A program made the position numbers and the translations under genes. This document shows positions 46,710-56,592 of a stretch of DNA of 64,000 nt, piece by piece (within the stretch, counting starts at the first letter, position 1; each line of letters opens with the position of its first letter). The stretch covers positions 407,296-471,295 of the forward strand of contig JAKLGL010000001.1 in NCBI GenBank assembly GCA_022710645.1, written 5' to 3'. The notes beneath the pieces were generated by a model. That model had not been told where the DNA came from, did no database searches, and saw only the letters and a program-made list of their open reading frames with translations. Origin of the DNA: Patescibacteria group bacterium. Its GTDB lineage: Bacteria > Patescibacteriota > Patescibacteriia > Magasanikbacterales > GWA2-37-8.

Positions 46710-47459
46710 TTATTCCTCTCCATAAAAATCTATCTCTTTCACCGTTTCCACCCCTCTCATTCTGTTCAAATCCATTTTTCTCCCCGCAAAAAAATCTACT
46801 GACTGCGAAACTGCGTGAAAATTCAATTCCGGGCCGAGCAAACACATTCCAAATTCAAACATTCTGATTCTTTCTCTAATTTCATCCGCTAAAATAGGAT
46901 GATCTTGTTCGTTTTGAGCAATTTCCCTTAAACCTCTCAGTTTTTCTTCGATATTTTCCAAAATTTTCGCATATTCCTCTACTTTTTTTATAAATCGTTC
47001 TTTTTCCGTGCTCGCTATTTGTTGATTAACAAACTTTTTCAAATCTTCCTGCATTTTGAGCAATGCGCGATAAAGCTCTACACGTTCTTCACTTTCAAAA
47101 AATACAGCCGGGCGACCTGAATGCAAATCTCGCAAAGAAAGTCCGTAGTCTTTATAGTTTAAATACTTTTTTTGCATTTCCTTTGATAAATATGGTAACA
47201 AAAATTCATCACCATAAGCATTTTCGGCAATAGTCAAAAATTCTTTGTATGCTTGATTCCATGGCCAAAGAACATAACCAAAAGAAATCATCGTGTTTTC
47301 TATCTGAACAGGAGTTAATGACTGATTGGTTTCCATCTCTTTTAACGCATTCTTTATTTTTTCTTTTTCTTCTAAAGGAAAAAGAGGTGGAATATTTTGA
47401 TAAAAATATTGGAATAATTGAATTGTATAATTTGTCATAAATTTAAATTTGATTGGCAA
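46710..47459 (-). CDS. Hypothetical protein
   Basis: 249 aa, helical/charged, no motif. Confidence 0.5.
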   Translation of the reverse strand: MPIKFKFMTNYTIQLFQYFYQNIPPLFPLEEKEKIKNALKEMETNQSLTPVQIENTMISFGYVLWPWNQAYKEFLTIAENAYGDEFLLPYLSKEMQKKYLNYKDYGLSLRDLHSGRPAVFFESEERVELYRALLKMQEDLKKFVNQQIASTEKERFIKKVEEYAKILENIEEKLRGLREIAQNEQDHPILADEIRERIRMFEFGMCLLGPELNFHAVSQSVDFFAGRKMDLNRMRGVETVKEIDFYGEE

Positions 47460-47919
47460 TATAATAAAGTGCGATTCCGGCTGCTACCGACACATTCAAA
47501 CTATTTTTCTTCCCTCTCATCGGAATTTCAACCGCTTCATCGCAATATTTCAATTGATCTTTGGTAACACCGGTTTTTTCATTTCCCAGTACCAAGGCAC
47601 AAGGAAATTTCGGTTTCCAAGAAAACATATCAACACTGGTTTTTGTTTGTTCCAGCGCTACTATATTATACCCTTTTTCTTTCAATTGTTTAAGCACTCG
47701 CCCGGTTTGTTTTATATACTCCCATTTTACAAAATTTTCCGCCCCTAAAGATACTTTCAGTAAACTTGGATGAGGTGGATATGGAGAATATCCGGTAATA
47801 TATACTTTATCTATTCCAGCACCATCGGCAGTGCGCAAAATCGCCCCGACATTATGCGCGCTACGGATATTTGGTACAATTACCACAAATTTTTCTATAT
47901 TTTTGGATATTTTCTTCAT
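47443..47919 (-). CDS. SpoU/TrmL-family RNA 2'-O-methyltransferase
   Basis: VIVPNIRSAHNVGAILRTADGAG, ALEQT and LVLGNEKTGV...VSVAAGIALY. Confidence 0.8.
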   Translation of the reverse strand: MKKISKNIEKFVVIVPNIRSAHNVGAILRTADGAGIDKVYITGYSPYPPHPSLLKVSLGAENFVKWEYIKQTGRVLKQLKEKGYNIVALEQTKTSVDMFSWKPKFPCALVLGNEKTGVTKDQLKYCDEAVEIPMRGKKNSLNVSVAAGIALYYIANQI

Positions 47920-47975
47920 GTTTTCTAGACTTTATGGACTTTATAAACTTTACGAACTTTATGAACTTCAGGTTT
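47920..47975 (-). repeat. Tandem AGTYYATAA repeats abutting the start of the SpoU-family gene
   Basis: Minus strand: agttcataaagttcgtaaagtttataaagtccataaagtctagaaaaATG. Confidence 0.6.
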
Positions 47976-48046
47976 GCTTTTTTTCATAAACTACGTTAAA
48001 ATTCATACTGTAAATATTATCAGTTTTTAATAAATTAAGCAAAATT

Positions 48047-49993
48047 TTGTTATTTTTAACATACTTATATAATATGGACGAACAACATTTGCAAAAAAAA
48101 GAAGAGGTTGTTGAGAGTAACCCAGAAAAAATTATTGAAGAAAAAACAAAAAAATGTTTTTTGCATTCTGCTTGGTTGCCGTTTATTTTTTGGCTTGTTT
48201 TTGCCGGAGTTTTTTATTTTTTTGCCTATGATCTGGCAACTATCAAATTTTCCGATATCGCTGATAAACGCGTTATAAACATTTTTAGTAAATATAGTAT
48301 TTATGCCGGATTGGTTTTGGGCCTTTTGTCCATGCTTGGCGGATATATAATTTATGCGATTTTACGCAAAACAAAGCTAAAAAACAATGTTTTTATCTAC
48401 CCTATTTTGGTTGCTTTGATGAATTTACCTTGGTATTTATTTGGCCGACAATTGGTTTATTTTGAAAATAGATACACTGATATTGCTCGCGGTCTTATCA
48501 ATTATATTGGTTATCCTCTGCTTTCCGCAACCAAATTTATATTTGCTTTAGTTTTAATTTGGATACTCGTTTTAATAATCAAAATTTTGGTTAAAAAAGG
48601 TTTAAATAAAAAAGTTACCACTGCGATGCTTATTTTGCTTTCTCCTCTTTTTCTCAATGGTTGTGTTGGAGATATCAATGAATGGGCGTGCAGTTTTTTT
48701 GATGATCCTGATCATTGTTATCAAAATGCCGGGGTTCAAGATGGTGATACTGACACTTGCGCCAAAATCAAAGGCGAGGGTTTTAACGGTTCCAACCCAC
48801 CGCGAGACAAATGTTATCTGCGTATTGCAGAAAATACCGGTGATTTGAGTGCTTGCGATAAAATTGAGGGCGGGCCTTATTCTTACACCAAAGAAGAATG
48901 TATTCTAGGAGCATCGGTCAAATTTAAAAATCCCGAAGGGTGTTTGAAACTGTCCGGAGCTGATAAAAAAAGTTGTGTTTCTCAAGTCGGTCCTTATTTA
49001 TTGCCCGGCAGTGTTTTGGAAATAGATGATCAAATAAACATACTCAAAGAAGAGTTAAAAAATAATCCTGATGCGGAATTACAAAAACAATTGGATGGTC
49101 TGGAAAAAAAGAGAAGTGATTATTTGGGGGTTATGGATGAAAAAAATAAAAAAGATTATGAATCCCTTTCTGATCCGATGAATAAAAAAGTGGCAATGGA
49201 TTATTATAGCGGTAGAATAGATCAAAAAACCAAAGATGCTTTGACCGCTCTTAACGATAGCTTGCGAGGTAAAGGAGAAAAACTCAGTGATCAAGAATAT
49301 AAATCACTAAGTGAAATGATGGCTTATAAAAACGATCCGAAAAACAACATTGAAAATATGGATGATGCGGAAATCGTGAAATTGCGCTGGAACGAAAAAT
49401 TTGGCAATGCGGTGGAGAATTTAAAATTTTGGAACAGCAACCCGACTGAGGCGGAAAAAAAATATGACGAACAGTTACTTTTTTATCAAAGAATGTTGGA
49501 AAGACAAGCGGCTATAGAAAAAGGACTTAGCCAAAAACAACAAGATTTTGAACGTGAAGCTGACAGAGTTACTGGATATATCAAAGATCAAATTTACGAA
49601 AAAATAACCGACGAAGCCAAAAAACAAGCTTTTGGTGAATTGGTTGATTTGGTGGATTCTCCGGCCTCTGCTCCAGTAACTGCTATTTTAGGTGAAGCGA
49701 TAGACACGGTAAAAAAAGAGGCTCAATCTGCTGAATTTCGTGGTTTAGTCCGTGCTTATAACAAAGGTATGGAAGAAGAACTTGCCAAAGCCGGTGGAAA
49801 TGTAGATAAAGCCCATGCCGCTGTAACGGCCAATCTACAAAAAGATCCTTATATGTATGAGGATAAAAACACCTTTGCTAAATACGGAAATATCTTGGAA
49901 AATAAAGATTGTGACGGCAGTAATCCGCATTGTATTCAAAGAGATGTTTTTTGGAAAGCCATGAAAAAATCTTATAAATATCAAAATAAATAA
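48047..49993 (+). CDS. Large membrane-anchored Cys-rich/coiled-coil hypothetical protein
   Basis: Four N-terminal TMs, a Cys-rich extracellular segment, then a long charged helical region. Confidence 0.55.
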   Translation: MLFLTYLYNMDEQHLQKKEEVVESNPEKIIEEKTKKCFLHSAWLPFIFWLVFAGVFYFFAYDLATIKFSDIADKRVINIFSKYSIYAGLVLGLLSMLGGYIIYAILRKTKLKNNVFIYPILVALMNLPWYLFGRQLVYFENRYTDIARGLINYIGYPLLSATKFIFALVLIWILVLIIKILVKKGLNKKVTTAMLILLSPLFLNGCVGDINEWACSFFDDPDHCYQNAGVQDGDTDTCAKIKGEGFNGSNPPRDKCYLRIAENTGDLSACDKIEGGPYSYTKEECILGASVKFKNPEGCLKLSGADKKSCVSQVGPYLLPGSVLEIDDQINILKEELKNNPDAELQKQLDGLEKKRSDYLGVMDEKNKKDYESLSDPMNKKVAMDYYSGRIDQKTKDALTALNDSLRGKGEKLSDQEYKSLSEMMAYKNDPKNNIENMDDAEIVKLRWNEKFGNAVENLKFWNSNPTEAEKKYDEQLLFYQRMLERQAAIEKGLSQKQQDFEREADRVTGYIKDQIYEKITDEAKKQAFGELVDLVDSPASAPVTAILGEAIDTVKKEAQSAEFRGLVRAYNKGMEEELAKAGGNVDKAHAAVTANLQKDPYMYEDKNTFAKYGNILENKDCDGSNPHCIQRDVFWKAMKKSYKYQNK

Positions 49994-50003
49994 AAAATTT
50001 AAT

Positions 50004-50240
50004 ATGAAAAAACTAATTCTCATCCAATTTTATCTTCTTTTAGGCGGCACGATATTTGCTTGGACTAACTTTGGCATTGAACTCAATGATTGGCTCAATG
50101 AACGCGCCTGTACTCTCGGTTGTTCGGCTGGCAATCTTACAAATCCTTTTCTTACTCCATGTTTTTACGGCGCGGTTTTCTTTTTGATAGCTTTTATTTT
50201 GAATGCCATTATACTTAAAAAAAGTAAAGAATTAAAATAA
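50004..50240 (+). CDS. Small membrane protein
   Basis: Two TMs; CTLGCS...PC. Confidence 0.45.
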   Translation: MKKLILIQFYLLLGGTIFAWTNFGIELNDWLNERACTLGCSAGNLTNPFLTPCFYGAVFFLIAFILNAIILKKSKELK

Positions 50241-50244
50241 AAAT

Positions 50245-50985
50245 ATGAACACTTTGTTAGCTATTATTCTCGCTTGTTTAGGTATCAGCTTGTGCGTCTG
50301 GGCCGCCGTACTTTTGTTATATTTCAAAAAAGAAACTTTAAACAAAATAACTTTACTTTTGGTTTCTTTATCCGCCGGCGCTTTGATGGGTGGAGCTTTT
50401 TTTCATCTCTTGCCGGAAGCTGCTGAAGAATTGGATATAAACGTACTTTTGTTGACTGTAGTGATTTCTTTTGTTTTCTTTTTTTTCTTGGAAAAATTAT
50501 TATTTTGGCGTCATTGTCATAAAGGAGAATGTTCAGTGCACACTTTCGGATATATGAATTTAATTGGTGATTCTCTTCATAATTTTATTGATGGAGTCGT
50601 TATTGCTAGCGCTTTTTTGATAGACATTCGCTTAGGTGTTGTAACTACTCTTGCTATAGCCTTACACGAAATACCTCAAGAAATCGGTGATTTCGGCGTT
50701 CTGATTCATGCCGGATTTGAAAAGAAAAAAGCTTTGATAGTTAATTATTTGGTGGCTCTCACGGTGTTATTGGGTGGTATAGCCGGATATTTTGCTTCCT
50801 TTGCAATAAAAGGAGTAGTGCCTTATTTATTACCCTTTGCCGCCGGCGGCTTTATTTATATCGCTGCTTCGGATTTAATGCCTGAAATTCGTAAAGAAAC
50901 AAATCTTAAAAAATCATTGCTTTCTTTTATTATTTTTATTTTTGGCATTATCATGATGTATGCCGCCACTTTATTTGAACATTAA
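50245..50985 (+). CDS. ZIP-family metal transporter (ZupT-like)
   Basis: Multi-TM with HNFIDG and HEIPQEIGDF. Confidence 0.75.
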   Translation: MNTLLAIILACLGISLCVWAAVLLLYFKKETLNKITLLLVSLSAGALMGGAFFHLLPEAAEELDINVLLLTVVISFVFFFFLEKLLFWRHCHKGECSVHTFGYMNLIGDSLHNFIDGVVIASAFLIDIRLGVVTTLAIALHEIPQEIGDFGVLIHAGFEKKKALIVNYLVALTVLLGGIAGYFASFAIKGVVPYLLPFAAGGFIYIAASDLMPEIRKETNLKKSLLSFIIFIFGIIMMYAATLFEH

Positions 50986-50989
50986 TTAT

Positions 50990-51217
50990 ATGGAAGATTT
51001 AAAACACGGTATTTATCAACATTTCAAAGGTAATTTATTCGAAGTTATTGATGTCGGTCGAGATAGTGAAACTCTGGAAGAATTGGTTGTTTATCGAGCG
51101 CTTTATGATTCGACGGAATTTGGTAAAAACGCTCTCTGGGTCAGGCCGAAAGAAAAATTCTGCGAAGAAATAATAGTGGATGGTAAAAAAATTCCCAGAT
51201 TTAAATTTATTGAATAA
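50990..51217 (+). CDS. DUF1653-family protein
   Basis: GIYQHFKGNLFEV...VVYRALYDS...LWVRPKEKF. The start is set at the internal MEDLKHG, which begins just after the ZIP transporter stop. Confidence 0.65.
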   Translation: MEDLKHGIYQHFKGNLFEVIDVGRDSETLEELVVYRALYDSTEFGKNALWVRPKEKFCEEIIVDGKKIPRFKFIE

Positions 51218-51244
51218 TAAAAAACACCCTTACTTGGGTGTTTT

Positions 51245-51733
51245 TTATTTTAATTTTTCCATCCATATACTCTGCGCCGTACAGAGAGCCACAGCCAGAG
51301 CATCGGCGGCATCATCTGATTTTATTTTTTGTTTAAGTCCGAGTATCATTCCTACCATTTTTTGCATCTGCTTTTTCTCCGCCTTACCATAACCGGTTAT
51401 CGCTTGTTTGATTTGTAAAGGAGTATATTCGTGAACTTTCATTTTTTGCTCAATACCGGAGAGTAATATTACACCTCTCGCCTGCCCGACATCCATAGCG
51501 GTTTTGGCATTTTTGAAAAAAAATAATTTTTCCACCCCCATTACTTCGGGTTTATATTTTTTTGCCAATGTATCAACTTTATTTTTTATCTCAGAGAGCC
51601 GTTCAATAAAAGGTTTTTTCGCTTCAGTATTTAAACAACCATAGACAAGCACTCTCCATTGGTTGCCTTTTGTTTTTTCTATTATTCCATAGCCCATCCG
51701 GCCATAACCGGGATCGATGCCGAGTATTCGCAT
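51245..51733 (-). CDS. ruvC: Holliday junction resolvase RuvC
   Basis: MRILGIDPGYGRMGYG and DAADALAVALC. Confidence 0.9.
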   Translation of the reverse strand: MRILGIDPGYGRMGYGIIEKTKGNQWRVLVYGCLNTEAKKPFIERLSEIKNKVDTLAKKYKPEVMGVEKLFFFKNAKTAMDVGQARGVILLSGIEQKMKVHEYTPLQIKQAITGYGKAEKKQMQKMVGMILGLKQKIKSDDAADALAVALCTAQSIWMEKLK

Positions 51734-51734
51734 A

Positions 51735-52466
51735 TTATTTAGCATTTGTAAAATAATCTTCCACGTCTTCTCTTTCTTCTAACTCACCAAAAAGTTCCTG
51801 TAATTTACCAACATTTTCTTCGGCTATTTCCACTTTGTCTTTAGCCACCCATTCAATTCCGGATTTAGCAGGCTCTAAATTCATTTCTTTTACTTTACCC
51901 AACACCTTTTGCAAATTTTCAATCTTAGTCAAAACCTCTATTTCACCTTCTTCATTTTTAATATCTTCGACTCCGATTTCTATCAAGTTCATTTCAAAAT
52001 CATCCTGTTGAATATTTTTATTTTTCAATTCTTCTTCCGTTAAGCGAACAACTCCAAATTGATTAAACATCCAAGCTACGCTTCCAGGCCCGGCCATTGA
52101 GCCGCCATATTGACTCAGAGTATGTTTAATTTCCGATACGGTCCTATTTTTATTATCAGTTACCGCTTTGATAAGTATAGCTACTCCGCCGGGACCAAAA
52201 GCTTCGTACAAATTTTCTTCAAATATCACACCGTCATTAAGTTCTCCCGTCCCTTTTTTGATAGCTTTATCAATATTGTCTTTGGGCATACTGACACTTT
52301 TGGCTTTATCTATCGCAATACGCAGAGAAAAGTTTTTTTCCGGATCTCCGCCACCTTTAGCGGCAATTGTGATTAATTTTGAATATTTAGAAAACATAGC
52401 GCTTCGAATAGCGTCCTGTTTACCTTTACGGCCTTGAATATTGTGCCATTTACTATGACCAGACAT
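51735..52466 (-). CDS. YebC/PmpR-family transcriptional regulator
   Basis: MSGHSKWHNIQ...KGGGDPEKN. Confidence 0.9.
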   Translation of the reverse strand: MSGHSKWHNIQGRKGKQDAIRSAMFSKYSKLITIAAKGGGDPEKNFSLRIAIDKAKSVSMPKDNIDKAIKKGTGELNDGVIFEENLYEAFGPGGVAILIKAVTDNKNRTVSEIKHTLSQYGGSMAGPGSVAWMFNQFGVVRLTEEELKNKNIQQDDFEMNLIEIGVEDIKNEEGEIEVLTKIENLQKVLGKVKEMNLEPAKSGIEWVAKDKVEIAEENVGKLQELFGELEEREDVEDYFTNAK

Positions 52467-52485
52467 ATTGAAAAAATTTAAGCTC

Positions 52486-52605
52486 TAATTTCTAACCCCT
52501 AAACAATATATAAGTCCAAATATTTAATCGCAAAATTTAGATATTGGATATTAAATATTGAATATTGTTTATGATTTAGAACTTAGGATTTAAGATTTAA
52601 TTACA
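52486..52605. repeat. Palindromic intergenic element, TAAGCTCTAA family (member 3)
   Basis: taagctctaatttctaacccctaaacaatat...gatattggatat...attgtttatgatttagaacttaggatttaag. Confidence 0.55.
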
Positions 52606-52687
52606 CTTATCTTACCAATAAACTTCAAAAAAATCAACTAAAAAAGCCCGCTTATAGCGGACTTTTTTAGGCTTATTTAAGCAAAAT

Positions 52688-55600
52688 TTATTTTTTAAAA
52701 CCTGTACCGGCCGGAATGAGACGACCGATGATAACGTTTTCTTTGAGACCTTCCAAATAATCAATTTTACCGGTAATCGCGGTATTGATAAGAACGCGAG
52801 CGGTTTCTTGAAAAGAAGCTGAGGAAAGAAAACTTTGTGTAGATAAAGAAACACGAGAAATACCCAATAACAATTCTCTAGCTGTTGCTTCTTTACCGCC
52901 TTCTTTTTTGGCTTGGTTATTGCAAAATTCCAAATGAGCTTTTTCTACAACTTCACCCGGTAAAAGCTCGGTGTCACCGGCATCTTCCACATATACACGA
53001 CTAAACATTTGACGAATAATAACTTCCATATGTTTATCGTTAACTTTCTGACCTTGAGAAGAATAGATATTTTGCACTTCTTCCAAAATATACTTTTGCA
53101 CCGCAGGACGTCCTTTAAGTTCGAACAATTCTTGTAAATGAATAGAACCATCGGTTAGTTGGTCGCCTTTTAGCACTTCATCTCCGGTTTTTACATACAA
53201 TTTATAACCTAGCGGCACGATATATTCGCGAACACGCGGTCCGTTGTACGATAAACGAATTTTGTTTTTTTCTATTTTTACTTGTCCGGCATATTTGGCT
53301 TTAATTTCTTCACCGGAAGAACCGCGAACCACTAATACCGTATCCTGTTCCACTATTTCGTCATTTTTTACCATAACTTCATCTTCACTTCCTGTGCTGA
53401 TTTTCATTTCATCCATACCTTCAAAATGGACTTTGATGATTTTTTGTCCGCGACGACCTTCAAAAATCTTTTTTCCCGTAGGAGAAGTGATGATTTTTCC
53501 ATCCGCATCTTCAATTTCCACTTTGCCTTCTACATCGGTAAGCAAAGCTTGATGTTTCGGAGTGCGTACTTCAAAAATTTCTTCGATACGAGGCAAACCT
53601 TGAGTAATATCAGACCCTGCCACACCACCGGTATGGAAAGTACGAAGTGTCAACTGGGTACCAGGTTCACCGATACTTTGAGCGGCAATAATACCGACCG
53701 AAGCGCCAAGCTCTGCGGGTTTATTATAAGATAAATCATATCCGTAACATTTTTGACAAACACCTTTTGGACATTTGCACTTGAAAACCGAACGAACATG
53801 GATAGATTCTACTTTATTTTTATCTATTTCACGAGCGGATTTTTCATCAATAACCTCTCCGGCTTTTACAATCACTTTATTGCCGATTTTTACATCTTCC
53901 ACTACATAACGACCGACAACTCTATCTGCTAATTTTTCACCCATTTCCGCTGATTGAGCCAAAGTAAATACTTCGCCCTCTTTAGCCCCGCAATCTTCTT
54001 CCAACACTACTACGTCTTGAGCCACATCCACCAAACGACGAGTCAAATAGCCGGCGCCAGATGTACGCAAAGCAGTATCGGACAAACCTTTACGAGTACC
54101 GTGAGAAGAAATAAAGTATTCCAAAGAGTCAAAACCTTCCTTAAAGTTTCCTTTTACCGGAAGTTCAATAATGTCGCCAGACGGAGAAGCAACCAAACCT
54201 TTCATACCGATAACCTGACCCAACTGTCCCCAAGAACCGCGAGCGCCTGATTCAATCATAGCATAAACCGGGCCTTCTTTATCCAAAGCCTCTCTGACAT
54301 TGGTAGAAATGATTTTATCTTTTACTTCAGTCCAAATTTCCAATATCTTGGCATGTTTTTCACCTTGAGTGAGCAAACCTTCGTTGCGTAAATTTTCAAC
54401 TTCGCGAACTTTGGCATCACTTTCTTTGAGCAAAGCCGTTTTCTCTTCTATTTTCGGAAAGTTATTCATACTCAAAGAATATCCGGATTTGGTTGCGTAT
54501 TTGAAACCAAGATTTTTCAAATCATCCAAAAAAGCGGCAGTTTTTTCTTGACCGTAAATTTCCAAATAAGAAGAGATAATTCCTCCGAGTTTTTTAACAG
54601 TTATAACATCGTTTACAAAATTAATTTCATCCGGCAACACTTCGTTGAAAATAATACGTCCAATGGTTGTTTCCATCAACGGAGTGGTTCCTTCCAGAAA
54701 TTTCTTCATATCTGTAAAACGCACTTTTATTTTTTCATGCAAAGTTATGATACGTGACTTGTAAGCAAACAAAGCTTCTTTTTCAGATGAAAAATAACGC
54801 ATGTTTTTATTTTCTCTGTTTTCACGAAGATGTGTCAAATAAAAACAGCCAAGCACAATATCTTGTTTCGGAGTTACAACCGGTTGTCCGGTAGCGGGTT
54901 TCAAAATATTTTTCTCTGCAGCCATCAAATTGTCCGCTTCCCAACGAGCTTCCACGGTAAGCGGTAAATGCACAGCCATTTGATCGCCATCAAAGTCGGC
55001 ATTAAAAGCGGTACAAACCAAAGGATGTAATTGAATAGCACTACCTTCGATAAGACGAGGGTGGAAAGCTTGAATACCCAAACGGTGCAAGGTCGGAGCG
55101 CGATTAAGCAATACACGGGTTTTTTTGGTTAATTCTTCCAATATATCCCAAACTTCATCACGTTCACTTTCTATAAAACGATTGGCGGAACGAACATTGT
55201 GAGCCAATTCCATTTTAATAATTTCCGCCATTATAAACGGTTTAAATAATTCCAAAGCCATTCTTTTTGGTAAACCGCATTCATCCAAATTCAAATTCGG
55301 ACCGACAACGATAACCGAACGACCGGAATAATCCACACGTTTACCGAGTAAATTTTGACGGAAACGTCCTTGTTTACCTTTCAAGATATCAGCCAAGGAG
55401 CGCAATTGTCTTTTTTGACCGGTAGAAGCAGTCACGGTTTTGGCATGACGAGCATTATTATCAATAAGCGCATCAACAGCTTCTTGTAACATACGTTTTT
55501 CATTTCTGCAGATAACTTCCGGAGCATTTAATTCTAACAACCTTTCCAAACGATTATTACGATTAATAACGCGACGATACAAATCGTTCAAATCCGAAGT

Positions 55601-56563
55601 TGCAAAACGACCTCCATCAAGAGCGACCATCGGACGTAAATCAGGAGGAACGACAGGTAAACATTTCATAATCATCCATTCCGGACGAATATTGTTGACG
55701 ATTAAATTTTTCAACAATTTTTTGCGACGAATAATTTTTTCCAATTTTGCGCCTTTGGCTGTTTGTTGTTCTTGACTTAAAGTTTTATAAGTTTCTTCCA
55801 AGTTTACACGAGAAAGTAAATTATAAACTCCTTCAGCGCCGATTTGCGCTTCAAACAAATGACCGTAACGCAAAGAAAGTTCTTGATATTTTTGTTCAGA
55901 GATAATACGCAACAAAGTCAATTCTTTGAGTTCTTTGTCAGCTTGTTGAAAATCTGATTCCAGGGCTGACATTTTGCGAGTACCTTCTTCTTGAATTTTT
56001 TCCAGAATTTCGGCTTTTTGTTTTTCGTCATTGGCCTTTTTGATAGCGACTTCTGTTTCTTTTTCGATTTGTTTTTTCTTTGATTTATATTCTTGACGCA
56101 ACAAATCAAAAGTTTGTTTTTTACCTTCATCATCCACGTGCGTAATGACAAAAGAAGCAAAATAAACCACTTTTTCCAAAGCTTGAGGACTCAAATCTAA
56201 CACCAAACCAACTTTACTCGGAACCGATCTCAAAAACCAAATATGAGTAACCGGAGTGGCTAATTCTATATGTCCCATGCGTTCGCGACGAACCAAAGAA
56301 GTTGTAACTTCGACTCCGCATTTATCACAAACAATTCCTTTATAACGAATCTTTTTATATTTTCCACAGTAACATTCCCAATCTTTGGTAGGTCCAAAAA
56401 TTTCTTCGGCAAACAAACCGCCTTTTTCCGGTTTTTGAGTACGATAATTAATGGTTTCCGGTTTGCGCACTTCGCCGTGCGACCAGCTGCGAATAGCTTC
56501 CGGAGAAGCGATTTTCAGACGAATCGCGTCAAAGTCGATGACATTGGTGGTATTGCGATACAT
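52688..56563 (-). CDS. rpoC: DNA-directed RNA polymerase subunit beta'
   Basis: Zn-binding CGVEV..., NADFDGDQM, 1291 aa. Confidence 0.97.
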   Translation of the reverse strand: MYRNTTNVIDFDAIRLKIASPEAIRSWSHGEVRKPETINYRTQKPEKGGLFAEEIFGPTKDWECYCGKYKKIRYKGIVCDKCGVEVTTSLVRRERMGHIELATPVTHIWFLRSVPSKVGLVLDLSPQALEKVVYFASFVITHVDDEGKKQTFDLLRQEYKSKKKQIEKETEVAIKKANDEKQKAEILEKIQEEGTRKMSALESDFQQADKELKELTLLRIISEQKYQELSLRYGHLFEAQIGAEGVYNLLSRVNLEETYKTLSQEQQTAKGAKLEKIIRRKKLLKNLIVNNIRPEWMIMKCLPVVPPDLRPMVALDGGRFATSDLNDLYRRVINRNNRLERLLELNAPEVICRNEKRMLQEAVDALIDNNARHAKTVTASTGQKRQLRSLADILKGKQGRFRQNLLGKRVDYSGRSVIVVGPNLNLDECGLPKRMALELFKPFIMAEIIKMELAHNVRSANRFIESERDEVWDILEELTKKTRVLLNRAPTLHRLGIQAFHPRLIEGSAIQLHPLVCTAFNADFDGDQMAVHLPLTVEARWEADNLMAAEKNILKPATGQPVVTPKQDIVLGCFYLTHLRENRENKNMRYFSSEKEALFAYKSRIITLHEKIKVRFTDMKKFLEGTTPLMETTIGRIIFNEVLPDEINFVNDVITVKKLGGIISSYLEIYGQEKTAAFLDDLKNLGFKYATKSGYSLSMNNFPKIEEKTALLKESDAKVREVENLRNEGLLTQGEKHAKILEIWTEVKDKIISTNVREALDKEGPVYAMIESGARGSWGQLGQVIGMKGLVASPSGDIIELPVKGNFKEGFDSLEYFISSHGTRKGLSDTALRTSGAGYLTRRLVDVAQDVVVLEEDCGAKEGEVFTLAQSAEMGEKLADRVVGRYVVEDVKIGNKVIVKAGEVIDEKSAREIDKNKVESIHVRSVFKCKCPKGVCQKCYGYDLSYNKPAELGASVGIIAAQSIGEPGTQLTLRTFHTGGVAGSDITQGLPRIEEIFEVRTPKHQALLTDVEGKVEIEDADGKIITSPTGKKIFEGRRGQKIIKVHFEGMDEMKISTGSEDEVMVKNDEIVEQDTVLVVRGSSGEEIKAKYAGQVKIEKNKIRLSYNGPRVREYIVPLGYKLYVKTGDEVLKGDQLTDGSIHLQELFELKGRPAVQKYILEEVQNIYSSQGQKVNDKHMEVIIRQMFSRVYVEDAGDTELLPGEVVEKAHLEFCNNQAKKEGGKEATARELLLGISRVSLSTQSFLSSASFQETARVLINTAITGKIDYLEGLKENVIIGRLIPAGTGFKK

Positions 56564-56592
56564 ATTTTTGAAAAAATTATTTGATTTAAGAA